26,542 nucleotides of DNA. Origin: Candidatus Micrarchaeota archaeon. GTDB lineage: Archaea > Micrarchaeota > Micrarchaeia > Anstonellales > Bilamarchaeaceae. A program made the position numbers and the translations under genes. Below, piece by piece: positions 9,006-17,801 of this stretch. The notes below the pieces were generated by a model. It worked only from the letters and a program-made list of their open reading frames with translations. It had not been told where the DNA came from and made no database searches. The stretch's first letter is position 1. Each line of letters begins with the position of its first letter. The stretch spans positions 1 through 26,542 of the forward strand of contig JAQBFN010000033.1 of assembly GCA_032123335.1 (NCBI GenBank), in the 5' to 3' direction.

Positions 9006-11168
9006 TTAGAGCTTTGCCCTTTTCAGGAGCAGTGAGTTGGTCACTACTGAAACCGAGCTGAATGCCATTGCCGCTCCTGCAAACATAGGATTGAGCAGAA
9101 TCCCATAAAAGGGATACAGGAGGCCTGCTGCAACCGGAATCCCTATTGCGTTGTAGATTAGTGCCCAGAAAAGATTCTGCTTGATTTTCCCTAGGGTTTT
9201 CCTGGAAAGCAGGATTGCCCTGTAAACGTCCATAGGGTCGCTTTTCATAAGCACTACTGAGCCGGTTTCCATTGCAACATCCGTGCCTGTGGCCATTGCA
9301 ATTCCTACATCTGATGCTGCGAGCGCAGGGGCATCGTTTACTCCATCCCCTACCATTGCAACTACCAGGCCCTTTTTGCGGAGCTTCTCTACATGCATTG
9401 CTTTTTCTTCAGGCATTACTCCTGCAAAGTAGTTTTCTATTCCCACCTGAGAAGCTACTGCCTTTGCGGTAAGCTCATTATCGCCCGTAATCATGTAGGA
9501 TTCTATCCCAAGTTTTTTTAGGCTGGAAACGGTTTGCTTTGCGTTTTCTTTGATTAGGTCTGAAACTCCTACCAAGCCGGCAAGCTTGCCTCCAATCTTT
9601 ACTCCCACTACGGTTTTTCCCTGTGATTCGAGCTTCTGCAGATCTGGAATCTTGTTTGCTTCTGGAATAAGCTTGGAGTTCCCAAGAAGGCATTTCTTTC
9701 CTTTTATTGTTCCTTCCACGCCTTTTCCGGGGTGGTTTTTGAAGGAAGATACTTTAGAGAGCTTTGCCTTCTTCTCTTTGGCCTTGGAAACCACTGCGCG
9801 TGCAAGCGGATGTTCGGAAACGGATTCCAGGCTTGCGGAATATGAAAGGATTTCAGATTCCTTGAAGCCGTTGAGCGCAACAATATCTGTAACTGCGGGC
9901 TTTCCCTGGGTAATTGTGCCGGTTTTGTCAAAGATTACTGCGTTTACCCTCCCGGAGATTTCAAGCGCGTCCCCTCCGCGGATAAGAATTCCGTTCTTTG
10001 CGCCTTTTCCTGTGCCGACCATTACTGCTGCCGGGGTTGCGAGACCTAAAGCGCAGGGGCAGGCGATTACAAGCACTGAGACTGCTGCAATTAGTGCAAA
10101 GGAAAGGGGCTCCCCTGCATAGAAGTACCATGTGGAGAAGGTAACGAGCGAGATCAGGATTACCACGGGAACGAATACTGCGGAAATGCGGTCTGCATAT
10201 CTTTGGATAGGTGCCTTGCTGAGCTGCGCATCCTTTACGAATTTAATTATCCTGCTGAGGGTGGTGTTCTCGCCAACTACTGTGGCTTTCATTTTGAGGA
10301 AGCCATCTCCGTTTATTGTGCCTCCGGTTAGCTTGGAGCCCTTTACTTTTTCTATGGGAATCGGCTCTCCGGTAATCATGGATTCATTTACGCTGGAATT
10401 GCCTTCGGTTACGAGCCCGTCTACGGGAATCTTTTCCCCTGGCTTTACGAGGAGGATGTCGCCTTTCTTTAGTTCATCAACATCTACAAGGAGTTCCTTG
10501 CCTCCCTTGAGCAAGAGGGCTTTCTGGGGGGAGAGGCTCATCAGTTCCTTTATTGCTTCGCCTGTTCTTCCTTTGGCTCGCTCCTCCAGGTATTTGCCGA
10601 GCATTACTACGGTTATGAGGACGGCTGCGCTTTCAAAATAGTTTTCAGCCATTGGGTTTTGCAGCACAAGAAACACAGAGTAAAAGAATGCAGCACTGGT
10701 TCCAAGCGCAATAAGCGTGTCCATGTTGGCGCTTCCTGCGCGGAGTGCACCGATTGCGCCACGGTAAAATGTGTAGCCTACGTAGAACTGTACTGGGGTT
10801 GCGAGGGCAAAAAGTACCCAGCCCCGGTACGGAATGTCCAGCATGAGCATCCCGATTACAAGGGTGGGGATTGCAAAGATTGCACCGATTATGAACCTCC
10901 TTAGGTAATCGTTCGCTGCATCATATTGCTTTTTCCCGGGTTCTTTTGAGGGCTTTTCCCCTTCAGGAGTGGCTGTGTAGCCGAGGTCACCTATTAGTGT
11001 TACTACCTTGGTTTCTGGGATTATTTTTTCATCAAATTCAACAAGCGCAGTGGAAGTGTTAAAGTTGACAACTGCCTTGCTGACACCTTTTGTCTTGCCC
11101 ATGTAGCTTTCTATGTTGTTTGCGCAGGAGGCGCAGTGCATTCCGGTTAGTTTGTATGTTTTCTTCAT
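9006..11168 (-). CDS. copA: Cu(I)-translocating P1B-type ATPase
   Basis: N-terminal [30 protein letters not shown] and [12 protein letters not shown] and MxxSS TM signatures of P1B-1. Confidence 0.95.
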   Translation of the reverse strand: MKKTYKLTGMHCASCANNIESYMGKTKGVSKAVVNFNTSTALVEFDEKIIPETKVVTLIGDLGYTATPEGEKPSKEPGKKQYDAANDYLRRFIIGAIFAIPTLVIGMLMLDIPYRGWVLFALATPVQFYVGYTFYRGAIGALRAGSANMDTLIALGTSAAFFYSVFLVLQNPMAENYFESAAVLITVVMLGKYLEERAKGRTGEAIKELMSLSPQKALLLKGGKELLVDVDELKKGDILLVKPGEKIPVDGLVTEGNSSVNESMITGEPIPIEKVKGSKLTGGTINGDGFLKMKATVVGENTTLSRIIKFVKDAQLSKAPIQRYADRISAVFVPVVILISLVTFSTWYFYAGEPLSFALIAAVSVLVIACPCALGLATPAAVMVGTGKGAKNGILIRGGDALEISGRVNAVIFDKTGTITQGKPAVTDIVALNGFKESEILSYSASLESVSEHPLARAVVSKAKEKKAKLSKVSSFKNHPGKGVEGTIKGKKCLLGNSKLIPEANKIPDLQKLESQGKTVVGVKIGGKLAGLVGVSDLIKENAKQTVSSLKKLGIESYMITGDNELTAKAVASQVGIENYFAGVMPEEKAMHVEKLRKKGLVVAMVGDGVNDAPALAASDVGIAMATGTDVAMETGSVVLMKSDPMDVYRAILLSRKTLGKIKQNLFWALIYNAIGIPVAAGLLYPFYGILLNPMFAGAAMAFSSVSVVTNSLLLKRAKL

Positions 11169-11214
11169 GTGTACTCACCTTTCATCAGTACAGAAAATAA
11201 AGATTGCGATAGGG

Positions 11215-12636
11215 TCAGCCCCCGCATGTCCCACTGCAACCTCCTCCACAAGTTCCCCCGCAGCTCCCTCCACAACCCGCTTCGGCTTTGGGCAATGCAG
11301 CTACTGTTATCTTTTCAATTTCCTCTTCAGTTATGTCAGAGTCGACTACTGTAAATGAACCGGGTATCATGCCCATCCAGCAGCTCCACCCAAAGGTGCC
11401 TTCGTTTTCTGGGGTGAACTCGATTACCTGCTCACCTGGCTCTATGGAAAACTCAAGGCCATACTCTGGAACCACTATTCCGTTGTTGCAGTAGCTGAGC
11501 TCTTTTCCATTTATTATCCAGCGAACCAGGACTCCTTTCTGGAGCACAAAGGAGTTGGGTTCATACCCATATTTGGTGACGTCCATATGGATTTCCTGGT
11601 ATTCTGGTTTCTGGGAATCATCGCATAATTCTGAATCCAGCTCGCACGCATCCGCAGAGATGGCTTCTACAGAAACTTGTGCAGAGGAAGGTGCCAGTAG
11701 CGCGGTTCCTGAAAGTGCAAGGCCGTTGTTGAACATCAGGAACCCAAGGAAGATTACGAGGACTCCTGCATACCGCACGTATTTTTTTAGGGAGTTCATG
11801 CCTACTGCACTCCCTACAACTCCAAGTACAAGCATTGCGGGAAGGGTTCCAAGGCCGAATGCGAAAAGCGCGGTTGCGCCTGCGAGGGCATCCCCTGTGG
11901 CTGCTGCAAATATGTACATTGCCTGGAGCGGGCCGCATGCGAGCATAAGGCCGTTCGCAAGGCCTATTGCTGCAGGGCCCTTGCCCTGGATTTTTGCAGT
12001 GATTTTCTGCAGGAACAGTGGGGTCTGGAAGCGCACTGCAGTGAAACGAGGGAGTATCCCAAGCATCCCTACTCCATATAATATGAGGAATAAACCTGCA
12101 AGAAATGCTGCTGCTGCACGCATCTCTGGAGTAAATGCGATTACTGAGCCCACAAGGCCGAAGATTGCGCCGATTATTGTATATGAAAGGAGCTTTCCTC
12201 CGTTATAGCTTAAGTGATGGAGAAGGGAATTCTTCCCGGAAAGAGTGTAAGAGAGGATGAAACCGCCGCACATCCCTACACAGTGGAACCCGGTAAGGAC
12301 TCCGAGGAGGAAGAGAGCTACGAAGCTTGCATCGGATTCAGGGGAAAATACTGTTGCGGAATCCCCCGTAAGGAAGTATAATGCTACCAGGACTGCTACC
12401 AGGCCCAGGGCAAGGGCTATGAAGCCCTTGTCCTGGCCTGTTTCGTACCCGGCGTCTTTTATGGCGGAATAAACCACTTTCTCATCAGCATTGTCCTCCA
12501 TGAATACATATACTTCTCCATGCTGGAGGGATGCCTTGGCGCTCGTTACCCCTGGGAGCTCCAGGAGCGCGTTCTGTATGATTTTTTCGCAGGAAGAGCA
12601 GGTCATCCCGCGAACTTTCAGTTTCAGCTGTTTCAT
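11215..12636 (-). CDS. HMA + DsbD_2/TauE-like membrane domain + cupredoxin-like fusion protein with Cys-Gly tail
   Basis: Start revised to ATG 12636 (GGTGA at 12641-12645). GMTCSSC HMA; HCVGMCGG and ACG of DsbD_2; YEPNSFVLQKG...YCNN...SCWMGM cupredoxin; tail GCGGSCGGTCGGGCSGTCGG. Confidence 0.9.
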   Translation of the reverse strand: MKQLKLKVRGMTCSSCEKIIQNALLELPGVTSAKASLQHGEVYVFMEDNADEKVVYSAIKDAGYETGQDKGFIALALGLVAVLVALYFLTGDSATVFSPESDASFVALFLLGVLTGFHCVGMCGGFILSYTLSGKNSLLHHLSYNGGKLLSYTIIGAIFGLVGSVIAFTPEMRAAAAFLAGLFLILYGVGMLGILPRFTAVRFQTPLFLQKITAKIQGKGPAAIGLANGLMLACGPLQAMYIFAAATGDALAGATALFAFGLGTLPAMLVLGVVGSAVGMNSLKKYVRYAGVLVIFLGFLMFNNGLALSGTALLAPSSAQVSVEAISADACELDSELCDDSQKPEYQEIHMDVTKYGYEPNSFVLQKGVLVRWIINGKELSYCNNGIVVPEYGLEFSIEPGEQVIEFTPENEGTFGWSCWMGMIPGSFTVVDSDITEEEIEKITVAALPKAEAGCGGSCGGTCGGGCSGTCGG

Positions 12637-12640
12637 GTTG

Positions 12641-12722
12641 TCACCAGCACGGTTTTGAATGCTGAAACCATACATATCATTTTCTGAAACCAAAGCGGGT
12701 TGGGGTGAAACCAAAGCGGTTT
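12641..12722. promoter_or_regulatory. phased operator-like boxes AAACC-N5-GGTTT in the divergent promoter
   Basis: Perfect box 12708-12722, 1-mismatch box 12687-12701, half box 12665-12669 and degenerate box 12641-12655. Exact direct repeat TGAAACCAAAGCGG at 12685 and 12706. Confidence 0.7.
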
Positions 12723-12749
12723 TAATGGGTTGTTTGCGTAATCTGGGTG

Positions 12750-13238
12750 ATGAAAAAGAACCTGAAAATGTTAGTGGGGCTGGCAGGGATATTCCTTGTG
12801 TTTGCTGCAATGATTACCATTCCTGCGATAGTGGAGAGCTCTGCTCCAGATGTTTGTTTTGAGGATGGGAACTGCCTGCATGAGGCATATGCAGCGGAGA
12901 TATCCGCGCTTATTCCTGTGTTTATCGGGGTGGGGGCCATGCTGGGCGCAATTGCGCTGTATATGTTTTATGAGAAGACTGCTGCAACGGGCAAGAGCGA
13001 GACTGCACTTTCCCTTATGGAAAGGGATGAACGCGCGGTTGTAGGGAGGATTGTTGAGGAGGGGGGACGGGTTACGCAGTCTGAGATTTCCAAGGTGAAG
13101 GGGCTTGGGAAGGTGAAGGCACACAGGGTTCTTGAAAGGCTGGAGAAAAGAGGAATTCTGGAGAAAGAGCAGTATGGGAAGACCAATATGGTGAAGCTTT
13201 CCGAGAAGTACCGTTCATTGTTTTTTGAGGGGAAGTAG
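12750..13238 (+). CDS. membrane-tethered winged-helix transcription regulator (2 TM + wHTH)
   Basis: Two TM helices flank the loop CFEDGNCLHE. The C-terminal ERAVV...GRVTQSEI...KVKAHRVLERLEKRGILEKEQYGKTNMVKL is wHTH-like. Start is ATG 12750 or GTG 12747. Confidence 0.85.
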   Translation: MKKNLKMLVGLAGIFLVFAAMITIPAIVESSAPDVCFEDGNCLHEAYAAEISALIPVFIGVGAMLGAIALYMFYEKTAATGKSETALSLMERDERAVVGRIVEEGGRVTQSEISKVKGLGKVKAHRVLERLEKRGILEKEQYGKTNMVKLSEKYRSLFFEGK

Positions 13239-13523
13239 ATGGCTACTGTTGAGGACATTGTTACGGCTTCGGACAAGAGGAATGGAGGCAGGAAAGGAGC
13301 AAATGAGTATACGCTGAAATCCATGAAGGAGCATGCGGATGAGATTGCGGAGCTTTTTGGGAAGGGGGACGAGCACTGGAAAGCGGAATGCGCAGATATG
13401 ATGATTCACTGCCTTGTTTTGTTTAAGCGGGAGGGAGTGGATGAGATGAAGGTTCTTGAGCTTCTGGAAAAGAGAAAGAAAAGGTTTATGGAAAGGATTG
13501 GGGGAAGCCCGGAAATCATCTAG
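13239..13523 (+). CDS. MazG/HisE-like all-alpha NTP pyrophosphatase superfamily protein
   Basis: KEHADEIAE...KAECADMMIHCLVLFKREGV resembles the HisE/MazG ExxE...ExxD pattern; the ATG directly follows the upstream stop. Confidence 0.6.
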   Translation: MATVEDIVTASDKRNGGRKGANEYTLKSMKEHADEIAELFGKGDEHWKAECADMMIHCLVLFKREGVDEMKVLELLEKRKKRFMERIGGSPEII

Positions 13524-14077
13524 ATTTCCAGGTTGAGCTGGATGGATTTGCGCTTGGGCTCTAATTTTCTGTATTTTACCCCGGACATGTCGAACATCCT
13601 TTTTGCTGCTTTTACTGAATCGGTTTCTGCGTACTTGTCTTCTAGGTAGATTATTTCCTTGACTCCGGACTGGATTATTATTTTTGAGCATTCGTTGCAT
13701 GGGAAAAGCGCTACGTACATCTTTGCATCATGCAGCTTCTTGGTGGAGTTGAGGATTGCATTTACTTCTGAGTGGACTACATAGGGGTACTTGGTGTCGT
13801 TTATGTTTTCTGCTTTCCTGCACCATGGAAGCTCATCGTCCGAGCAGCCCCTTGGGAAGCCATTGTAGCCAATTCCCACTATCTTGTTGTTCCGGTCTAC
13901 TAAGCAGGCACCCACTTGGGTGTTTGGGTCCTTGCTTCTCTGTGCTGAGAGTATCGAAACGCCCATGAAGTAGTCGTCCCAGCTTATGTAGTCTTCGCGT
14001 TTCTTGGCCTGGCTTCCGTCAGGTTCGTTTTCTTCGAATGCAGTTTTTGCGCCGTTTGAATGTGTAGTATCAGTCAT
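13520..14077 (-). CDS. dCMP deaminase (ComEB/DCTD family)
   Basis: SWDDYFM, RSKDPNTQVGA, GYNG, HSEVNAI and PCNEC zinc motifs. Confidence 0.93.
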   Translation of the reverse strand: MTDTTHSNGAKTAFEENEPDGSQAKKREDYISWDDYFMGVSILSAQRSKDPNTQVGACLVDRNNKIVGIGYNGFPRGCSDDELPWCRKAENINDTKYPYVVHSEVNAILNSTKKLHDAKMYVALFPCNECSKIIIQSGVKEIIYLEDKYAETDSVKAAKRMFDMSGVKYRKLEPKRKSIQLNLEI

Positions 14078-14186
14078 GAGAATCCACCCGGATACGTTAT
14101 TCTGGGGAAATATTTATGAAGGAAAGGGATATCTGGGGCGGATGCAGGAAAGTTAATTATAAAAGGATGGCTGAAGAGGGGACAGC

Positions 14187-15689
14187 ATGAGGGCAATTAT
14201 TTTTGTGGTGCTGGCATTTGGGCTTATTGTAAGCAGCAGTTTCGCATTTGAGCAGACAAAGGAAACCTGCTATGCTTATTGTGTTGGCTGGAAAGCATAC
14301 TGGCAGAACGATTCCATATGGGAGGATATGAAAGACGGGTGCAGCGCAAGCGTTATTTCAGAAGCCAGGACAGCATTCAAAGTGCAGAAAGCAGCAATTT
14401 CAGAGGGTTACAGGATTGGGCCTCTGCTGGAAAAGTTGTATTGCAATGAAGGCATCAGGACCGGGATGGAGAAGAAGCTTGATGCATGCGAGCTTGCCTG
14501 CAGCATAAACCCCTGGTCATACGGGCCAGACCTGAGGGTAACCTACGAAGAAGGGATATACGATTCCCCTGCGGTATGGTATGACAACGAAACAGGGAAA
14601 GTTGGGATTAAAGTGCACAATGCAGGCACGGGATATGCAGGTAATGTCCTGGTGCAGGTGTTTTCAGGCTCTGCAGAAGACAGCGACTGTGATGTTACTT
14701 CCTGGGAAAAGATTTCTGAATACAAAGTCCCTGCGCTTGCACCCAGGGGAGCAAAGAGGAATGAGGAAGCGCTTCCTTACTCCGATACAAAATACCTGGA
14801 GTGGGTGCCTGAGGAAGGGAAATGCAATAAACTCAAAGTGATTGTGGACCCATATAACGAGAATCCGGAGATGGGGGAGCCCAATTTTGTGGGCGGGGAC
14901 AATGAGTATGTGCTTATAGCGGATGAGATATTGGGGGAGCCTCGCTTTGCAATAGAAGATGTGGGACACATCTTTGTGGGGAACGGAACTGATGATATCT
15001 TGCTGTGGTTCACGGTGAGGAACTTTGCTGGGAATACGGCTACCCCAACCGTGCAGCTGAAAAGATGCGAAAGCGGCATGGTTATTGCAACAGAGGAGAT
15101 AGGCATAGATGCGCAGGGAACTGCAGTAGTGGAATATGAACTCTTGGACCTTTTTTGGCTGGATGAATACACTTCGCAGAAAACAAGGTGCATAGTGGCA
15201 GTGGTCAGTGATGGGGCGGGCTCAGTCAGGGAGAGGGTTTACCCTTCAGTATATTCTGAAACGATACAAGGGACGGTATATGATGCGGAGGGGAAAGAAG
15301 TTGAAGGCGCAACCGTTACCCTGAGCAACGGCAAGAGCACAACAACAGATTCTGGGGGGGTTTACGCTTTCAGGGGGATAACGGAAACAGGGGATTACCT
15401 GGTTGTTGCGGAAATGCCTGGATCTGTGGAGAGGGGGGAGGCAAGGGTAAACTTGCGCCTTGATGAGGAGGGGGGAATTTACAGCCAGGAGCTGCACCTG
15501 TACACAGTGGACATTACGCTAGAGGCTGAGCCTGCTGTTATTGAAGAAGGGCCTGGGCCTGAAATTAACGAGAGTACTCCTGAAGATGTGGAGCCAGAAC
15601 CGGTGGAAGAAGTTGAGAAGCCGCAGCCTGGGTTTATTGAAGGCATACTGGGCTGGATTTCTGAGTTCTTTGCAGGGATATTCGGATAG
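14187..15689 (+). CDS. secreted/surface protein: Cys-rich N-domain, CARDB-like Ig domain(s), carboxypeptidase-regulatory-like domain
   Basis: Signal peptide (SSSFA); PDLRV...VHNAGT...VIVDPYNENPE (CARDB-like); IQGTVYDAEGKEVEGATVTL...TTTDSGGVY; acidic Pro-rich linker; amphipathic C-terminus. Confidence 0.8.
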   Translation: MRAIIFVVLAFGLIVSSSFAFEQTKETCYAYCVGWKAYWQNDSIWEDMKDGCSASVISEARTAFKVQKAAISEGYRIGPLLEKLYCNEGIRTGMEKKLDACELACSINPWSYGPDLRVTYEEGIYDSPAVWYDNETGKVGIKVHNAGTGYAGNVLVQVFSGSAEDSDCDVTSWEKISEYKVPALAPRGAKRNEEALPYSDTKYLEWVPEEGKCNKLKVIVDPYNENPEMGEPNFVGGDNEYVLIADEILGEPRFAIEDVGHIFVGNGTDDILLWFTVRNFAGNTATPTVQLKRCESGMVIATEEIGIDAQGTAVVEYELLDLFWLDEYTSQKTRCIVAVVSDGAGSVRERVYPSVYSETIQGTVYDAEGKEVEGATVTLSNGKSTTTDSGGVYAFRGITETGDYLVVAEMPGSVERGEARVNLRLDEEGGIYSQELHLYTVDITLEAEPAVIEEGPGPEINESTPEDVEPEPVEEVEKPQPGFIEGILGWISEFFAGIFG

Positions 15690-15702
15690 AGTCCCTGAAA
15701 AC

Positions 15703-16464
15703 TCATTTCTGGAGAACGTTGTTCAGGGCAATGCTCACTGCAGTAGTTACCTCTTTCTGCTTTTTTGAATCATCAATCCAGAACAGGAGTTCGAGAAGCC
15801 AGTGTGCTCTACCTAGGCGCTCTATGGGGCTCAGATTCAGGATTACAGGGGTTTTGTCATTTACAATGCAGCCAGGAATCCCCTGGGGGATTTTCTTTGC
15901 GCGTTCGGTTATTTTTTCCAGGTCCTTCCTTGGCTCAACCGCAACAGAAACTGAAATCATGCATTTGTTTTGGCCTCCTGTGGAATTCACGAGCGCTGAA
16001 TCAATAAGGACCGCGTTTGGGACAACTATTGTGTTGCTGTCATAGGTGGAGATGGAAGTTGAGCGAAGGCCTATTGTGTCCACCCATCCTTTCCCACTCT
16101 CAAAACTGATGAAATCCCCTATCCTGAAAGGCTTTCCTGCTATGATTATGAAGCCTGCGATTATGTTGGAGAGGAGCTGCTGGGCAGCAAAGCCGATTGC
16201 CAAGGCGGCAATTCCCAACCCTGCGAGGAGGGTTCCCACTTCCCATCCAAAAATATAGAAACATACGATGGCGGTGATGGAGTAGAGAATAAGGTTGAAT
16301 ACCCAGGCGGCACTCTTTCTTGTGTCCCTGGAAATCTTGAGCGGCTTCGCGGCGCTTCTAACGGAAGAACGGAAGATGGCGGAAACTATGAGTGCGAGGA
16401 TTATTACGATTGCTGCGTAGACTATGTCCATGCTTTCAGCAATAAAGGTTCCAACATCAATCAA
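15703..16464 (-). CDS. mscS: small-conductance mechanosensitive channel, MscS family
   Basis: LAGLGIAALAIGFAAQQLLSNIIAG, PFRIGDFI, IGLRST and VVPNA; TTG start, exact start uncertain. Confidence 0.9.
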   Translation of the reverse strand: MIDVGTFIAESMDIVYAAIVIILALIVSAIFRSSVRSAAKPLKISRDTRKSAAWVFNLILYSITAIVCFYIFGWEVGTLLAGLGIAALAIGFAAQQLLSNIIAGFIIIAGKPFRIGDFISFESGKGWVDTIGLRSTSISTYDSNTIVVPNAVLIDSALVNSTGGQNKCMISVSVAVEPRKDLEKITERAKKIPQGIPGCIVNDKTPVILNLSPIERLGRAHWLLELLFWIDDSKKQKEVTTAVSIALNNVLQK

Positions 16465-16472
16465 GGAAATAC

Positions 16473-16727
16473 CTATGCTTTCTTTACTAACTCCTTGACC
16501 TTGTTTGCAACCTGGGCGTTTTTCTTGGCTACAAATGAGATTATCTTCCTCTGCAGGTCAATTATTGAGATTACGTCCTTTTTCCCTTCTTCCTTTACCC
16601 ATACTGCAACATCTATTGCGGTTTCCCCTGCAAGGGCTGCGCTTCCTCCTGCCTTTTTTACAAGGGATTCTACCTTGGAGAGCTGGAGGGGCTCTTCGGT
16701 TCCGTCCTTCTTTTTTACCTTCACCAT
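16473..16727 (-). CDS. stand-alone ATP-cone domain protein
   Basis: MVKVKKKDGTEEPLQLSKV matches the VxKRDGxxExFxxxKI cone signature. Start placed at ATG 16727 behind GGTGAG (16731-16736). Confidence 0.7.
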   Translation of the reverse strand: MVKVKKKDGTEEPLQLSKVESLVKKAGGSAALAGETAIDVAVWVKEEGKKDVISIIDLQRKIISFVAKKNAQVANKVKELVKKA

Positions 16728-16816
16728 ATCCTCACCTAACTCTAGTTGCATCTTCACCTTTTAAAGGCTTGTACAGGGGTGAAGCTTCTTATTGGTTTTC
16801 CGGGAAAGGGAGGGTG

Positions 16817-17791
16817 ATGCTGGAGATTGCGATAGCGTTGGGCACCCTTGCCGTTTCCCTGGCCGTGCTTGGCCGCTCTTCCGAGATTGTGATAGACAAC
16901 ATTGCCAAACTCTCCACGTACTTCGGGATAAGCCAGCTTGCAGTAGGTTTTTTGCTGCTGGCGATTGCGACAAGCCTTCCTGAGCTCTCGGTTTCACTTA
17001 TGTCTTCGGTTACAGGGGAGGGTGCAATTGCTGCAGGAAACATCTTCGGCTCGAATATTGCGAATATACTTGTAGTTATTGGGATTTCCGCATTCCTTTA
17101 CGGGGTAAAGATACGGGGGAAGGACCTGAAGGAGATAGGGGTATTGCTTTTGCTTACTACCGTGATTTCAGTATATATTGTTTTCAGCAGCTCAGTGCAG
17201 GGGCAGGCGCTTGGGTTTCTTGAGGGTGCGGTGCTGCTCTGCATTTTCGGGGTTTATGCATGGCACGGGATGAGCAGGGAGAGGAAAGCGGATCCCAACC
17301 ATCCAAAGCCTGTGAAGAAAGAGCAGGCCCTTAATGCGTTCCTTTTCTTTGTGGGGGCAATGGTGCTTGTGCTGGTGAGCTCAAGCTTTGTGGTGGATTC
17401 AGCTGTAAGGATTGCTGTGGGTGTAGGGGTTGCGGAAAGCTTCATTGGGGCCACAGTAATTGCGCTGGGCACCTCGCTTCCGGAATTGAGCATAGGCTTG
17501 CAATCTATACGGAAGAAGAAATACGGAATTTTCCTGGGAAACGCGATTGGGAGCAACATGATAAACCTCACGCTTGTGCTTGGGGTTGCTGCGGTGCTTA
17601 ATCCGATTGCGGTACAGCTTCCCGTGTTTATTGCTGCTTTGCTTTTTGCAGTTGTGGCGAATATGCTTTTGCTGTATGTGGCTGCTGTGCATAAAGGCGT
17701 TCATAAGATTGGGGGGGCTGCGTTTCTGCTGTTTTACTTGTTTTATCTTGGAGCAATATTTGTGCTGCAGCTGCAGGAGCTTGGAGTATAG
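16817..17791 (+). CDS. Ca2+/cation antiporter (CaCA, YrbG/NCX_Mj-like)
   Basis: Alpha repeats ATSLPE...GNIFGSN and GTSLPE...GNAIGSN. The likely start is ATG 16817, not 16505. Confidence 0.92.
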   Translation: MLEIAIALGTLAVSLAVLGRSSEIVIDNIAKLSTYFGISQLAVGFLLLAIATSLPELSVSLMSSVTGEGAIAAGNIFGSNIANILVVIGISAFLYGVKIRGKDLKEIGVLLLLTTVISVYIVFSSSVQGQALGFLEGAVLLCIFGVYAWHGMSRERKADPNHPKPVKKEQALNAFLFFVGAMVLVLVSSSFVVDSAVRIAVGVGVAESFIGATVIALGTSLPELSIGLQSIRKKKYGIFLGNAIGSNMINLTLVLGVAAVLNPIAVQLPVFIAALLFAVVANMLLLYVAAVHKGVHKIGGAAFLLFYLFYLGAIFVLQLQELGV

Positions 17792-17801
17792 AATACTATT
17801 C

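Noticed and set aside
11169..11217. Selenocysteine readthrough of the TGA after the CGG tail
   Set aside because: The TGA is not at a Cys position of the 4-residue period, further stops follow within about 10 codons, and no SECIS is evident.
12637..12810. 58-aa N-terminal extension of the HMA fusion in the ORF track
   Set aside because: It overlaps the divergent regulator and operator array; the RBS and domain start point to ATG 12636.
16505..16816. N-terminal extension of the CaCA ORF
   Set aside because: It overlaps the ATP-cone gene on the other strand; family-like sequence begins at ATG 16817.
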